Assembly: GCF_030028105.1 (NCBI RefSeq)
Contig: NC_092402.1
Span: 51,170,352 to 51,234,351, forward strand
Source: Mobula birostris
Lineage: Eukaryota
DNA: 64,000 nt
Direction of reading: 5' to 3'
In this document: positions 37,501 through 48,500 of the stretch, piece by piece
Layout: each line of letters begins with the position of its first letter
Numbering within the stretch: position 1 is the first letter of the stretch
The notes under the pieces: generated by a model
What the model saw: only the letters and a program-made list of their open reading frames with translations
What the model was told of the DNA's origin: nothing
Database searches by the model: none
Translations under genes and position numbers: made by a program

Positions 37501-39819
37501 TTTGTTGAGGCAGTTGTTCTTGAAGCAACACTCATAACATGCTGGAGGAACTCAGCAGGTCAGGCAGCATCCGTGGAAATGATCAGTCAACGTTTCGGGC
37601 CGGAACCCTTCGTCAGGACTGAAGAGGGAAGGGGTAGAGGTCCTATAAAGAAGGTGGGAAAGAGAAGGCTGGTAGGTTCCAGGTGAAAAACCAGTAAGGG
37701 GAAAGATAAAGGGGTGGGGGATGGGAAGCAGGGAGGGGATAGGCAGGAAAGGTAAAGAAGGAAAAGGGGAAAGCACAATGGTTAGTAGAAAGAGGCAGAA
37801 CCAAAAGGGAGGTGGAAGGCAGCTGGGGGAGAGGGCAGAGTGACATCGGGATAGAGGAAGGCAGGGGGAGGGAATTACCGGAAGTTGGAGAATTCGATGT
37901 TCATACCAAGGGGCTGGAGACTACCCAGACGGTATATGAGGTGTTGCTTCTCCAACCTGAGTTTAGCCTCATGGCAGTAGAGGAGGCCATGTACGGACAT
38001 ATCCGAATGGGAATTTGAAGCAGAGTTGAAGTGGGTGGCAACTGGGAGATCCTTTCTGTTGTTCTTGAAGATTTTGTGGAACTTCTGTACATGGTTGATG
38101 TCTTGAAGGATGTCAACATTGAATTTCTTAAGTGTTCTGATTTTGGTGTTTCCTTTTGGGCCGAATCTTCATTCTCATGGTGGACAAGATGAGTCGATGG
38201 TCTGTCCAGCACTCGTTGGCATCAGTAACAGCTGTTGTTATCAGTACATCTTGTTGGTCCTGAGATCGTACAATGATGTAGTCGATGAGGTGCCAGTGTT
38301 TGGAGCATGGATGCTGCCAGGAGACTTTGTGCCTGTTTTTCTGGCGAAAAAGGCTGTTTGTAATCACCAGGTTGTGTTCAGCACATTTGGTGAGGAGGAG
38401 TGTTCCACTGGTGTTGGCCTTGCCAACTCCTTCCTTGCTTATTATTCCAGTCCAGAGCCTATGATCTTTCCCGACTCTGGCACTGAAGTCTCCCAAGAGA
38501 ATAATCTTGTCGTTGGGCTTTCAATATCTTAGAGGTTTCAATGAGATCCCCTTCAAACTCCAGTGAGTACAGACCCAAAGCCATCAAACACTCGTGCATT
38601 AACACTTGCATTCTTGCAATCATGCTTGTAAACCTCTGGACCTTTTCCGATGCCAGCATATTCTTTCTTAGATAAAGTACCCAAAACTGCTCTCAATACT
38701 CCAAATGTTCTCTGACCAATGTATTTAAGCCTCAGCATTACACTCTATAGATGCTGCCTGACCTCTCAATGAATGCTAACATTACATTTGCCTTCCTTGC
38801 CAACAACTATCTGTGATCCGAGGGGGAAGGAGAGTGGTGATGGTCTGTGGTATGGGGGAGGCTGAGGTGTGGGGGGAGGTGTGTAATGGGGGGGGGGTGA
38901 GGTTAACCAGGGTCAATATTGGGAGTAGGTGATGGTGGGTTGGTGTCACCAGGCTTGGATGTGTTGGGAGGGCTGATGGGATGGGGGGCTACTCTCTAAT
39001 GCTCCCCGTCCCTCTTTCCACGGAGGTGTGTGTGCCCAGAAGCAGAACAGTGACTGCCTTGTCGGGTTGCAGGTGGTACCAGGATATGGCCATGCCGTGC
39101 TGAGGAAAACTGACCCCCGCTACACCTGCCAGAGGGAGTTTGCCCTCAAGCACCTCCCCAATGATCCCATGTTCAAACTGGTGGCTCAGCTCTACAAGAT
39201 CGTGCCAGGGGTCCTCCTGGACCAGGGCAAGGCCAAGAACCCCTGGCCCAACGTGGATGCCCACAGTGGTGTCTTGCTTCAGGTGAGGGGCAGGGTTGGG
39301 GACAGGGAGGAGGGCTTGGGGAAGGTTTGTTGGAGGGTACTGACATGTAACACTCCCTCATTCCACCAGAGTCCTGTGCTTGATCTTAACCCAACTGACT
39401 ATTCAGTATGTCACAGCTGTCCCATTATCATGACCTCCATCTCTCTCAATATTAGAGAATGAAGGGGGTTAACTACCTCACCCTGTAACCTCTCTATTCT
39501 CATCAGAAAATGAAGGAAATGATCCAGTACACCCTGTGTAACATCTTGCTGTCTTTTCTCTCCACTAAACCCCCCCTCAGTGTTACAGAATGAAGTAGGT
39601 GAGCCACTACTCCCTGTAACCCATGTCTCTTCTCTTTCTCCCCCACAGTACTATGGAATGAAGGAGATGAACTACTACACTGTGCTGTTTGGGGTGTCTC
39701 GAGCCCTTGGCGTCCTCTCCCAGCTGATTTGGAGCCGCGCCCTGGGATTCCCGCTGGAGCGTCCCAAATCCATGAGCACAGATGGCCTGATCAAGCTGGT
39801 CAAGAGCAAGTCGGGTTAA
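13290..39819 (+). CDS. CS: Citrate synthase, mitochondrial; 11 coding exons, 469 aa
   Basis: Exons 13290-13343, 28252-28299, 29329-29436, 31212-31277, 31434-31565, 31871-32059, 32638-32837, 33543-33672, 34545-34646, 39073-39282 and 39649-39819 total 1410 nt, all GT-AG. Catalytic motifs present: [38 protein letters not shown]. Confidence 0.98.
16790..17560 (+). mobile_element. Degenerate CR1 LINE 3' fragment in CS intron 1
   Basis: Remnants of [22 protein letters not shown] and the CR1 3' UTR. Confidence 0.7.
19540..20850 (-). mobile_element. Rex1/Babar-type LINE fragment containing a MITE
   Basis: [11 protein letters not shown], gcccccctgctctact (PLLYL) and gctgatgacaccact (ADDTT) motifs on the minus strand. 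Confidence 0.75.
20503..20750. mobile_element. hAT-Charlie-like MITE, near-palindromic along its length
   Basis: Ends CAGTGGTCCCCAACCTCCG...CGGAGGTTGGGAACCACTG; internal arms are complementary (ccagcacatctt/aagatgtgctgg, attaggtgcc/ggcacctaat). Confidence 0.85.
25713..25930. mobile_element. hAT-Charlie-like MITE with an 8-bp TSD
   Basis: TIRs CAGGAGTCCCCAAC / GTTGGGGACCACTG; TSD ATGAAGTG at 25705-25712 and 25931-25938. Confidence 0.9.
28252..28299 (+). CDS. CS: CS exon 2
   Basis: [16 protein letters not shown]; cag/gtgagt. Confidence 0.9.
28560..29020 (+). mobile_element. Penelope-like element 3' fragment (GIY-YIG C-terminal remnant)
   Basis: [17 protein letters not shown]...LQ..GM.I remnant followed by a pyrimidine-rich tract. 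Confidence 0.65.
29329..29436 (+). CDS. CS: CS exon 3
   Basis: [36 protein letters not shown]. Confidence 0.95.
29655..29800 (-). mobile_element. Internally deleted RTE-related SINE
   Basis: The minus strand joins a head (gggtggagat..ctaccaaa..taaggcgct..cctgcaggtcacccttgggcaaggtgtag) to a tail (tcatacaacacggcgcataa). Confidence 0.5.
31212..31277 (+). CDS. CS: CS exon 4
   Basis: [22 protein letters not shown]. Confidence 0.96.
31434..31565 (+). CDS. CS: CS exon 5
   Basis: [44 protein letters not shown]. Confidence 0.96.
31871..32059 (+). CDS. CS: CS exon 6
   Basis: [37 protein letters not shown]...KTKYWE. Confidence 0.96.
32638..32837 (+). CDS. CS: CS exon 7
   Basis: [25 protein letters not shown]...[10 protein letters not shown]. 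Confidence 0.96.
33543..33672 (+). CDS. CS: CS exon 8
   Basis: [24 protein letters not shown]...GPLHGLANQ. Confidence 0.96.
34545..34646 (+). CDS. CS: CS exon 9
   Basis: [34 protein letters not shown]. Confidence 0.96.
37526..38057 (-). mobile_element. Penelope-like element 3' fragment nested in the RTE
   Basis: GIY-YIG C-terminal remnant ([44 protein letters not shown]) plus terminal repeat; 13-bp TSD GTTGTTCTTGAAG at 37513-37525 and 38058-38070. Confidence 0.88.
37584..37621 (-). ncRNA. Minimal type-I hammerhead ribozyme motif of a Penelope-like element
   Basis: CAGTC-CTGACGA-aGGG ttccgg CCC-GAAA-CG-TT-GACTG. Confidence 0.7.
39073..39282 (+). CDS. CS: CS exon 10
   Basis: [17 protein letters not shown]...[13 protein letters not shown]. 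Confidence 0.96.
39649..39819 (+). CDS. CS: CS exon 11 (coding part)
   Basis: [21 protein letters not shown]...[20 protein letters not shown]. Confidence 0.96.
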   Translation, partial: YYGMKEMNYYTVLFGVSRALGVLSQLIWSRALGFPLERPKSMSTDGLIKLVKSKSG

Positions 39820-40263
39820 TGGCAGGACCCCAAGGCCTTCCATATGACTGTCGCTGGAGGAGGAGGTGCTGGTCAGTGCCCCCAGAGAATGGCACGACCT
39901 GAAGAATGAGATGTATACTGTGTCTGTCTCAGCTGGGATTGGGGGGGTGGTGGGCTGCTGGCACCAAGGGAGCAGGAAAAAAAAACAGGGATACTTAAGT
40001 TAAGAATTAGTTTCTTTTGTCAGAGAATGGGCGACATGTTACGTTGACTTGGACACAAGGACGGATGGATATGAAAGCGTGCGCGCAAACACACTCCTTA
40101 GGAAGTGGGCGAGGTGAGGGTGAGCCAGCCTCGAGTAATCTCTCTCTCTCCTCACTGCCCAACCCACTGTGGTGACATTGGCAGAGAGAGCTACAGGACT
40201 TTAGTTGTGTAAATGTACTGATCGTGTCTCATACCTCAGGTTGTTCAGCATTCAAAACAGGAA

Positions 40264-40269
40264 AATAAA
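40264..40269 (+). terminator. Probable CS polyadenylation signal
   Basis: AATAAA about 445 nt after the stop codon, followed by U/GU-rich sequence. Confidence 0.65.
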
Positions 40270-41519
40270 TGTTTTTATTACTGGCTTGGTTCAGGTGTTT
40301 ACCCTCTGGTCTGGGTACAGGATCTTGTGGGTAGGAGAGTGGTCACTCCTCCCTATGGGGCATTTGTGTGTCTTTGTTTAGCATGGGTTAAGCTGTTGGG
40401 AGGGGGGTGAGGAGTGTATGTGTCCTCCCTGTCTGGTATGGGGTCAGGTTGTTGGAGGGGGGAGTGTGTCTGTCCCTGTCTGGTTCAGGGGTTGGAAGGG
40501 AAGATGGGCTGTGTATTTCCCTCCATCTGGAAAAGTGCACTTCCCCTTCTGGAAAGAAGCCAGTGGGGGGGGGGAGGGGCTCTGTCCCCATCTGGAGCAC
40601 ACTTTAGGCCATGGTGGGGGTTATATGTGTGACACCCTCCCTGTCTGGGGCAGGGTCGGTGTGTGGAGTGTTGCCCTCTTTGGCATCTGAGTGAAGGGTG
40701 TGGGTAGGCAGGAAAGTTTCTCCTTTCAAATATTGGTGGGGGTGGGGTAAAGATGTGGGATGTAGTTGTCCTTTCATAGTCTGAAGGGATGGGGTTGTCT
40801 CCTTGGCTGTGGTTTGGGACCCTGGGGTTTGTTAGTAGTGATGGAGGGGTCTTCACTCTAACTGTCCTGAGACACAGTGGGCTATTGTTCTGAGAAGGAC
40901 GACGGGCTTTAGGTACTGGAAACACAGGGAGACAGTGCCAGCTTTTGTCTCAGCTGAATGAGCTTTGTCATAATGAACCAAGAAAAAGCTCTTTGCTACC
41001 TTGTATGTCACACTTGTACACCATTCAACATGGTTTGCCCTGGGCCTCATGTTCTAGTTCCCCATCTGTTTCCTGATCCTTCAGATAAAGAAGGTGTTAC
41101 AAGATTAGCTGTTGAATGTGTCATTTGACTAATAGTCAGAGGATGTTCTGGGAGCAGCTTGCAAGTGTCGCCATGTGTCTCGCCAACATAGCATGCTCAC
41201 AACTTACTAACCCTAACCTGTACATCTTTGGAATGTGAGAGGATACTGGAGCACCCAGAGGAAACCCACACAATTATGGGGAGAACATATAAACTCCTTG
41301 TGGACAGCAGTGGGAATTGAACCCTGATTGGTGCTGTAAACCATCACACTAACTGCTTTTCTGCCATTCTGCATCCCCGTGCGCCGCCCCCCCCCCCCCC
41401 CCGTCTATCTTTGTTTAAACCTCAACCCATGAATATCTCGATGTGGAGCTGCAGGAGATGGCGAGATCCTCTGATTATCGTCCTTTCATTTTTACCATGA
41501 AGAAAAGTGGAGACTTTCG

Positions 41520-44500
41520 ATCTTGATAGTTACTGGGGATGTCTTGGCCATCATGACAGAGGTGGTGTTGGATGTCTTAAAATGTAGATATGTCTTCAGT
41601 GCCTGATCAGGTGCGTTCAAGAGTACTATAGGAAGCTAGTGAAGAAATTGCAGGAGCTTTGGCTGAGAGATGTGCCTAATGGTAGGTGAAGTGCCACAGG
41701 ACTGGAGGTTGGCTAATGCTGTCTTTAAGAAGGACTGCAAAGAAAAACCTGGGAACTGTAGACTAGACCTAACATCTGTGGTATATAAGTTATTGGAGCA
41801 GATTCTGAGGGATAAGATGTACAACTCTTGGGGAAAGATGGGGTGGTTACAGATGGTCAATATCACTTTGTGCATTACAGATCGTGTCTCATGTATTTCA
41901 TTGAGTTTTTGAAGTAACCAAGAAGTTTGAGGGCAGGGCAGTAGATTTACATAGTGAGCTGCTCTGACAAGTTGGATTGCATGGGATCCAGGGAGAGCTG
42001 GCTAACTGGATACAAAAGTGGTTTAATAATAAGCAGAGGGTGATCTTGGAAGGTTGTTTTTCAGACTGGAGGCTAATGACTAGTGGTGTTCTCAGTGGTT
42101 AGTGCTGGGTCCATTGCTGTGTCACCTATGTCAATAATTTGAATGAGAATGTGCAATGTGTGGTTAATAAGTTTGTAGGAGACCTTGTAAAGATGATTAT
42201 TGTGAATTATAGAGAGAACTTGATTAGCTGGGCAAGTGGGCCAAGGAATGACAAATGGAGTTTGATTTGAGTTAGTAGATGTTTGGAGTCCATTATTAAG
42301 GATGAGGTTTTGGGGTACTTGAAGGCACATGATAAAATAGGTTGAAATCGGATGGTTTCCTTCAGAGAAAATCTTGACAAATCTGTTGGAATTCTTTGAG
42401 GAAATAACAAGCAAGGTGGACAAAGGAGTCTGGATTTTGCTTACTTGGATTTTCAGAAAGCCTTTGACAAGATGCCACACAAAGCTGCTTAACAAAATAA
42501 AAGCCCTTGGTATTACAGGAAAGATAGAAGATTGGCAGAGTGGAAATAAAGGGTGGGCTTTTCTGGTTGGGTGCTGGTGACTCAAAAATACATTCTATGA
42601 ACCCTGAGATTCATTTTCTTGCAGGCATGCACAGTTAAACAAATTTTAAAAAACTACACAGTGACAACCATTGTGCAAAAGAAGATGAGCTGCAAATATA
42701 AAAATAAATAAATGGTAACTAATATTGAAAATTTGAGTTGTACAGTCCCTGAAAGTGGGTCCATAGATTGTGGAATCAGTTCGGTGAGGTGAGTGAAGTT
42801 AGCCAGTGATTCAGTGCCTAGTTTGTGGCCAATACAACAATAGGGTGGGGAGGGGAGCAGGTAGTGTTGATAAAGCAGGGAGTCTGCAGAAGGAGACTGG
42901 GCAAAGAAGAGACGAAGAGGCAGATGGTATAGTGTAGGGAAGTGTATGGTCCTGCACTTAGAAGAAATAAAGGCATAGACTACTTTTTTAAATGGGGAGA
43001 AATTACAAAAATCAGATGTACAAAGGGACTTGGGAGTCCTTGAGCTGGATTCCTTAAAGATTAACTTGCGGGTTGTGTCAGTGATAAGGAAGGCTATTGC
43101 AATGCCAGCAATCATTTCAAATGGACTAGACTACAAAAGCAAAGATGTAATGCTGAGGCTGAAGGCATTTGTCAGCCTGCAATTAGGGTATGGCGAGTTG
43201 TTTTCAGTTCCTTATCTAAGAAAGGATGTGTTTTGGAGAGGGTCCAGAGGAGGTTCATGAAAATCAATTGAAGAACGAAGGAAGGGAGATCTTAAAAGCA
43301 ATTGAATATTGAAAGGCCTATATAGAGTAGATGTGGAGATGTTTCCGATAGTGGGGAAAGTCTAGGACCAGAGGGCATGGCCTCAGAATAGGTTGTTCCT
43401 TTAGAACAAATGGGGAGGTATTTCTTTAGCCAGAGAGTGATGACTTTGTGGAATTCATTGCCATGGACAGCTGTGCAGGTGAGTATATTTAAGGCAGAGT
43501 TGATCGTTCTTGATTAGTAAGGACAGCAAAGGTGAGAAAATGAGGTTAGAGGAAAAATAAATCTGCCACAGTGGAGCAGACTTAATGGGCCATATGTGAG
43601 AGAAGCATTTTTGGAAGCCAAATGAGGTTAGGACTTTCACAGTGCCATTATGCTTAAAAAATGCAACAATTGTATTGGTGTATAGGGAGAGGTTGGGCAA
43701 GCTAGGACTTTATTCCTTGCAGTATAGAAGACTGAGGGGTGACCTTAAGGAGGTGTATGAAATCATGAGGGGCAGTTCCCCCCCCCTCCAAGAGTAGGGG
43801 GATCTAACACTCAAAGCCACAGGTTTAAGATGAGAAGGAAAGATGGGAACAGGGGGCCAACTTTTTTTTTTCTTCCAGGCAGGTACATAAACAACATTTA
43901 TAAGGTATGTGGATAGGAAAGAATGGATATGAGCCAAAAATGGGTAGGCAATTTGGTGTGGATGGTTTGGGCTGAAGAGACTGTTTACACACAGCATAGA
44001 TCTTTAGGGCAGTTTGCAGCATGTTGCAACACGCCATCACTAAAGTTCTTGCCCCCTTCCAATCTTATAACAGTTCCCTTGTTAAAGACTACCACTGGTG
44101 AACCATCTCCACATCGGAGTCAAATCCCCACAGGATCCTTTCATTTTGAAACTTCAAGGATTCCTCCATTGAGGCTCCTGGGCAGTAGAACCATCTGCCC
44201 TGATGGGTCCTCTCTGGAGCCAGGGTGGCTGCTCCTTGTATTGGAATGGGGAGTCTCTAGAAGACAAAGAACAGAGAGTGCTTCCTGCTGTCCTGGGACA
44301 CCAAGGTGCAAATCCCATGATTTGTGGTATGGGGGAGGACCGAAGCTGTCTTCCAACCTCAAGTGGCGCTCTGGGCATCCCACTGGTGAGCATCAATAAG
44401 ACCATAAGATACTGGAGCAGAATTAGGCCATTTTGTCCATTGAGTCTGCTCCTTCATTTAATCATCCCTGCCAGACCCGATCTCCTGCCTTCTCTACCAT

Positions 44501-47330
44501 AACACTTCACATCCTGACTAATCAAGAGCCTATCAGCCTCTGGCTTAAATATACCCAATGACTTGGCCTCCTCAGCCAGCTCTGGCAATGAATTCCACAA
44601 ATTTATCACTCTCTGGCTAAAGAAATACCTCATCTCCATTCTAAATGGATGTCCCTCTATTGAGGCTGTGCCCTTTGGTCCTAGACTCCCCTTCCAAAGG
44701 AAACATCCTCTCCACATCCACTTTATCAAGCATTTCAACATTTGATAGGTTTCAATGAGATTCTTTCTATCCTCTTCGCCCCCCGCCGCCCAAAGTGCAT
44801 ACCTATACACTCCCTGAGACTAAATTCCATCTGCCACTTTGTCCATTCTCCTAATCTGTCCAAGTCCTCCTGCAGTCTCCCTGCTTCCTCAGCACTACCT
44901 GCCTGTCCACCTACTTCTCAATGAAACTGCTGACATCAGCCTATTTTATCACGTGCTTTCAAGTATGCCAAAACCACGTCCTTAACAATTGACTCCAACA
45001 TCTTTCCAACCATGAGGTCAAACTACCTGGCCTATGATTTCTTTTCTTCTGCCTCTCCCCCTTCTTGAAAAGTGGAGTGGCATTTGCAAATATCCAGTCC
45101 TCCAGAACCATGCCAGTCTATTGATTCTTGAAAGATCATTACTAATGCCTCCACAATCATTTCAACCACCTCTTTTCAGCACCCTGGGATGTAGAAAATC
45201 TGGTTTAGATAATTTACCTACCTTCAGAACTCTGTTTCCCAAGCATCTTCTTCCTAGTAATGGCAACTGCACTCTTCTGCCCCCTAACACTCTCAAATTT
45301 GTGGCATACTGCTAGATTTATGCACATACATAATCAGTTTGTCTGCCATTTACTTGTTTCTCCCTCCCCGCCCCCATTACCAGTTCTCCAGCATCACTTT
45401 CCAGTGATCCAATATCTAATCTCACCTCCCTTTCACTATTTTATATTTGAAGAAACTTTTGATATCCTCTAATATTATTGGAATACTTTTGTATTTCATC
45501 TTTTCCTCCATTATGACTTTTTTAGTTGCTTTCTGTTGGTTTTCAACAACTTCCCACTAATTTTTGTTTTATTATATGCTCTCTTGCTTTTATGTTGGCT
45601 TTGACTTTCCTTGTCAGCCATGGTTGCCATCCTGCTTCTAGAATACTACTACTCTGCGATGTACAATATCTATCCTGCACCTTGCAAATTACTTCCAGAA
45701 ATTCCAGCTATGCTGTCATTCCTATTGGTGTCTCCTGATCAATTTTGGTCAGCTCTCTTTCATGTCTCTAATTCAGTTTACTCCACTATAATACTGATAA
45801 TATATCTAATTTAGTTTCCTCCACTCCCAATTGCAGGGTGAATTCTATCATATCCTAATCACGGTCTCCTAAGGGTTCTTTTACCTTGGGCTCTCCTATC
45901 AATTCCAGCTAATCGTTCATTGCATGACACCCAATCCAGAATTGCCTTTTCCCTAGTGGAATCAACCACACGCTGCTCTAAAAATCCATCTCATAGGCAT
46001 TCTACAAAGTCTCTTGGGAACCAACACCAACCTAATTTTCCCAATCTACCTGCATATTGAAATCCCCCTGACTATCATAACATTGCCCTTTTTACATGCA
46101 ATTTTATCTCCTGTTGTAATTTAATCACAAATGAGAGAAAATGTGCAGATGCTGAAAATCCAAGCGCGCGCACACAAAATGCTGGTGTAACTCAGTGGGC
46201 AGGCAGCATCTGTGGGGGGTGGGGTACAGTTGACATTTTGGGCCAAGACCCCTCATCGAGATCTCGGCTCGAAACGTTGACTGTTTACTCTTTTCTATAG
46301 ATGCTGCCTGGCCTGCTGAGTTCCTCCAGCATTTTGTGTGTTACTGTTATAATTTGAGTCCCACATCTTTGGTACTGACTTTTTACCTTTGCAGTTTCTT
46401 AACTCTATCCACAAGGATTCTACATCTTCCAATCTGTGTCACCGCAAAGGATTTGATTTCATTTATTTTAAACGCAGCCACCTCACCCCCTCTGCTTGTT
46501 CTTTTGATATGTGTATTCTTGGATGTTAAACTCCCAGTTTATAATCCTCCCTCAGCCACAACTCAAGGATATTGGTCCCATTCTGGTTCAGGTGTAACCT
46601 GTCCCTCTTGTACAGGTCATAACTTCCCCAGAAGAGATCCCAATGATCCAAAAATCTGAACCCCTGCCCCCTGCACCAGTTCCTCAGCTATGCCTTTATC
46701 TGCCTAATGCTCCTTAACCTCACTGCTGTGTGGCACAGGCATCAATCTAGAGGTTACTAGCCTGGAGGCGTCCTGCTTTTCAGCTTTCTCCTGAGCTCCC
46801 AAAAATCCTTCTTCATAACCTCGTCTTTCCTACCCGTGCCATTGGTGTCAATATGTACCATGACAGCTGGTTACTGTCCCTTTTTAGAATGCTGATTAGA
46901 ATATGATCAGAGGCATCCCTGGCACCTGGGAGGTAATATGTCACCTGAGTATCTCTATAGTGGCCACAGAATATCATCTATATTCTTCTAATTATGGAAT
47001 CTCTTAACATTGCTTCACCCCTCTTCTCTTCAGAGCCTCAGTGCCAGCGACCTGGTCTCTACTGCTCCCCTGGTAGGTAGTTCCTCCTCAGTATTCAAAA
47101 CGGTATACTTATTAAGAAGAACAGCCACAGGGCTGCTCTGTACTAGCTGCCTATGCCCTCCTCTCAACAGTCACCTGCGTCTTGCAATCTAGGGGTGACC
47201 TCCTCTCTGTAACTTCTATCTGTTCCTCATTTTCCCATATGAACCGAAGGTCGCCGAGCTGTAGCTCGGAGCACTTGATGCGATGTTATCCCACACCTAA
47301 CACAAAGAACATAACAGTCATCCTCGCTGT
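41520..47330. mobile_element. Cluster of degenerate CR1 LINE fragments (both strands) with SINE and PLE pieces
   Basis: PQDWRLAN..KPGNCR, TNLLEFFEEIT..DKG, and CR1 3' UTRs; inverted PLE terminal-repeat pair at about 46130-46345. Confidence 0.7.
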
Positions 47331-47819
47331 TCTAATTATGCCATATCAGAATCAGGTTTATTATCACCAGCATGTGACGTGAAATTTGTTAAAAGCAGCA
47401 GCAGTTCAATGCAATACATATGAGAAAAAAATAATAAATAAAACAAAAAAATCAATTACGTATATTGTAACAGGTTGTTAACCCCGAAATACTGTATATT
47501 AAAAAAGTGAGGTAGTGTTCATGGGTTCAATGTCCATTTAGGAATCGGATGGCAGAGGGGAAGAAGCTGTTCCTGAATCGCTGAGTGTGTGCCTTCAGGC
47601 TTCTGTACCTCCTACCTGATGGTAACAGTGAGAAAAGGGCATGTCCTGGGTGCTGGAGGTCCTTAATAATGGATACTGCCTTTCCGAGACACCGCTCCCT
47701 AAAGACAAAGGATGGAGAAAAAGAAACTTCCAGATACTTACCTCGCCCAAGAAGCCTGATTTTGCCATTGCCAAAATCCACCCACTTTTAAATGGCCCAC
47801 TCAAACAATATGTGGAAGG

Positions 47820-48500
47820 ACCAACCTGGACCGCACAGCGGTTGGGGACTGTGTCTGGGAGGAACATACTGGAAGTTTCTGCGGTGGATAAGTGAACGGG
47901 GCCTGGAACTCTGCACTCGGCGGTGAGTCGTGTGCGAGACCAGTCCCGACCTCCCGCCGATTGGCGGCGGTGTATTGGAAGACTAGGCAATGAATGGGAG
48001 GACCGACTTGGACCTCCCGCCGGTAAGCGGCAGTGTCAGGCCTCGCCCCGCCCGCCTCTCTCCTGTCCCTGGCCGCGCTTTCTCAGGCGGGCTGCGCCAG
48101 GCGCCGAGAGCCCAGTGATGAGCCAGAGCGTCTTCCGGCGACAGCAGCCTTCGCTCTGCTCCCGGCCTCGGCCCAGGCCCCGGCCACGCCCGCTCCCCCT
48201 TGCCCGGCACTTGCTTCCAACCGGGTCATGGGTGTGCTCTGCCTAACGGAGCAGGTAGGACGGCAGCCACGCAACTCGAGGGCTGGGGATAATGCGGCCT
48301 AAACCACCGGGGCGTGGGGAAGGCGGGGATATTGTGTTTGCAGTGGGGGGGGGTGATTTGCGGGGGAAGATGAGGGCCCCGCCGGGAAGGAATGGGCCTG
48401 GACTATAGGATAGGAAGGGGGAGGGAGGAGCTCTAAAATAACTTGGGGGATGGAGGGAGAGAAGGGCTGCCGTAGCGCGGGGTGGAAGAAATGATGAGGG
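47820..48500 (+). promoter_or_regulatory. ANKRD52 CpG-island promoter (possibly bidirectional)
   Basis: High CpG density, ATTGG boxes at 47960 and 47974, GC boxes near 48045. Confidence 0.75.
48228..48254 (+). CDS. ANKRD52: ANKRD52 exon 1
   Basis: MGVLCLTEQ followed by gtagga. Confidence 0.85.

Larger units (their letters stand above)
35229..38514 (-). mobile_element. 5'-truncated RTE-clade LINE (AP endonuclease plus RT) in CS intron 9
   Basis: [26 protein letters not shown] (EN); [25 protein letters not shown] (RT); [16 protein letters not shown]; 11-bp TSD GGGCTTTCAAT at 35218-35228 and 38515-38525. Confidence 0.93.

Noticed and set aside
47734-47744. ATACTTACCT as the start of a U1 snRNA
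   Set aside because: The following sequence is not U1. It is better read as a minus-strand splice donor.
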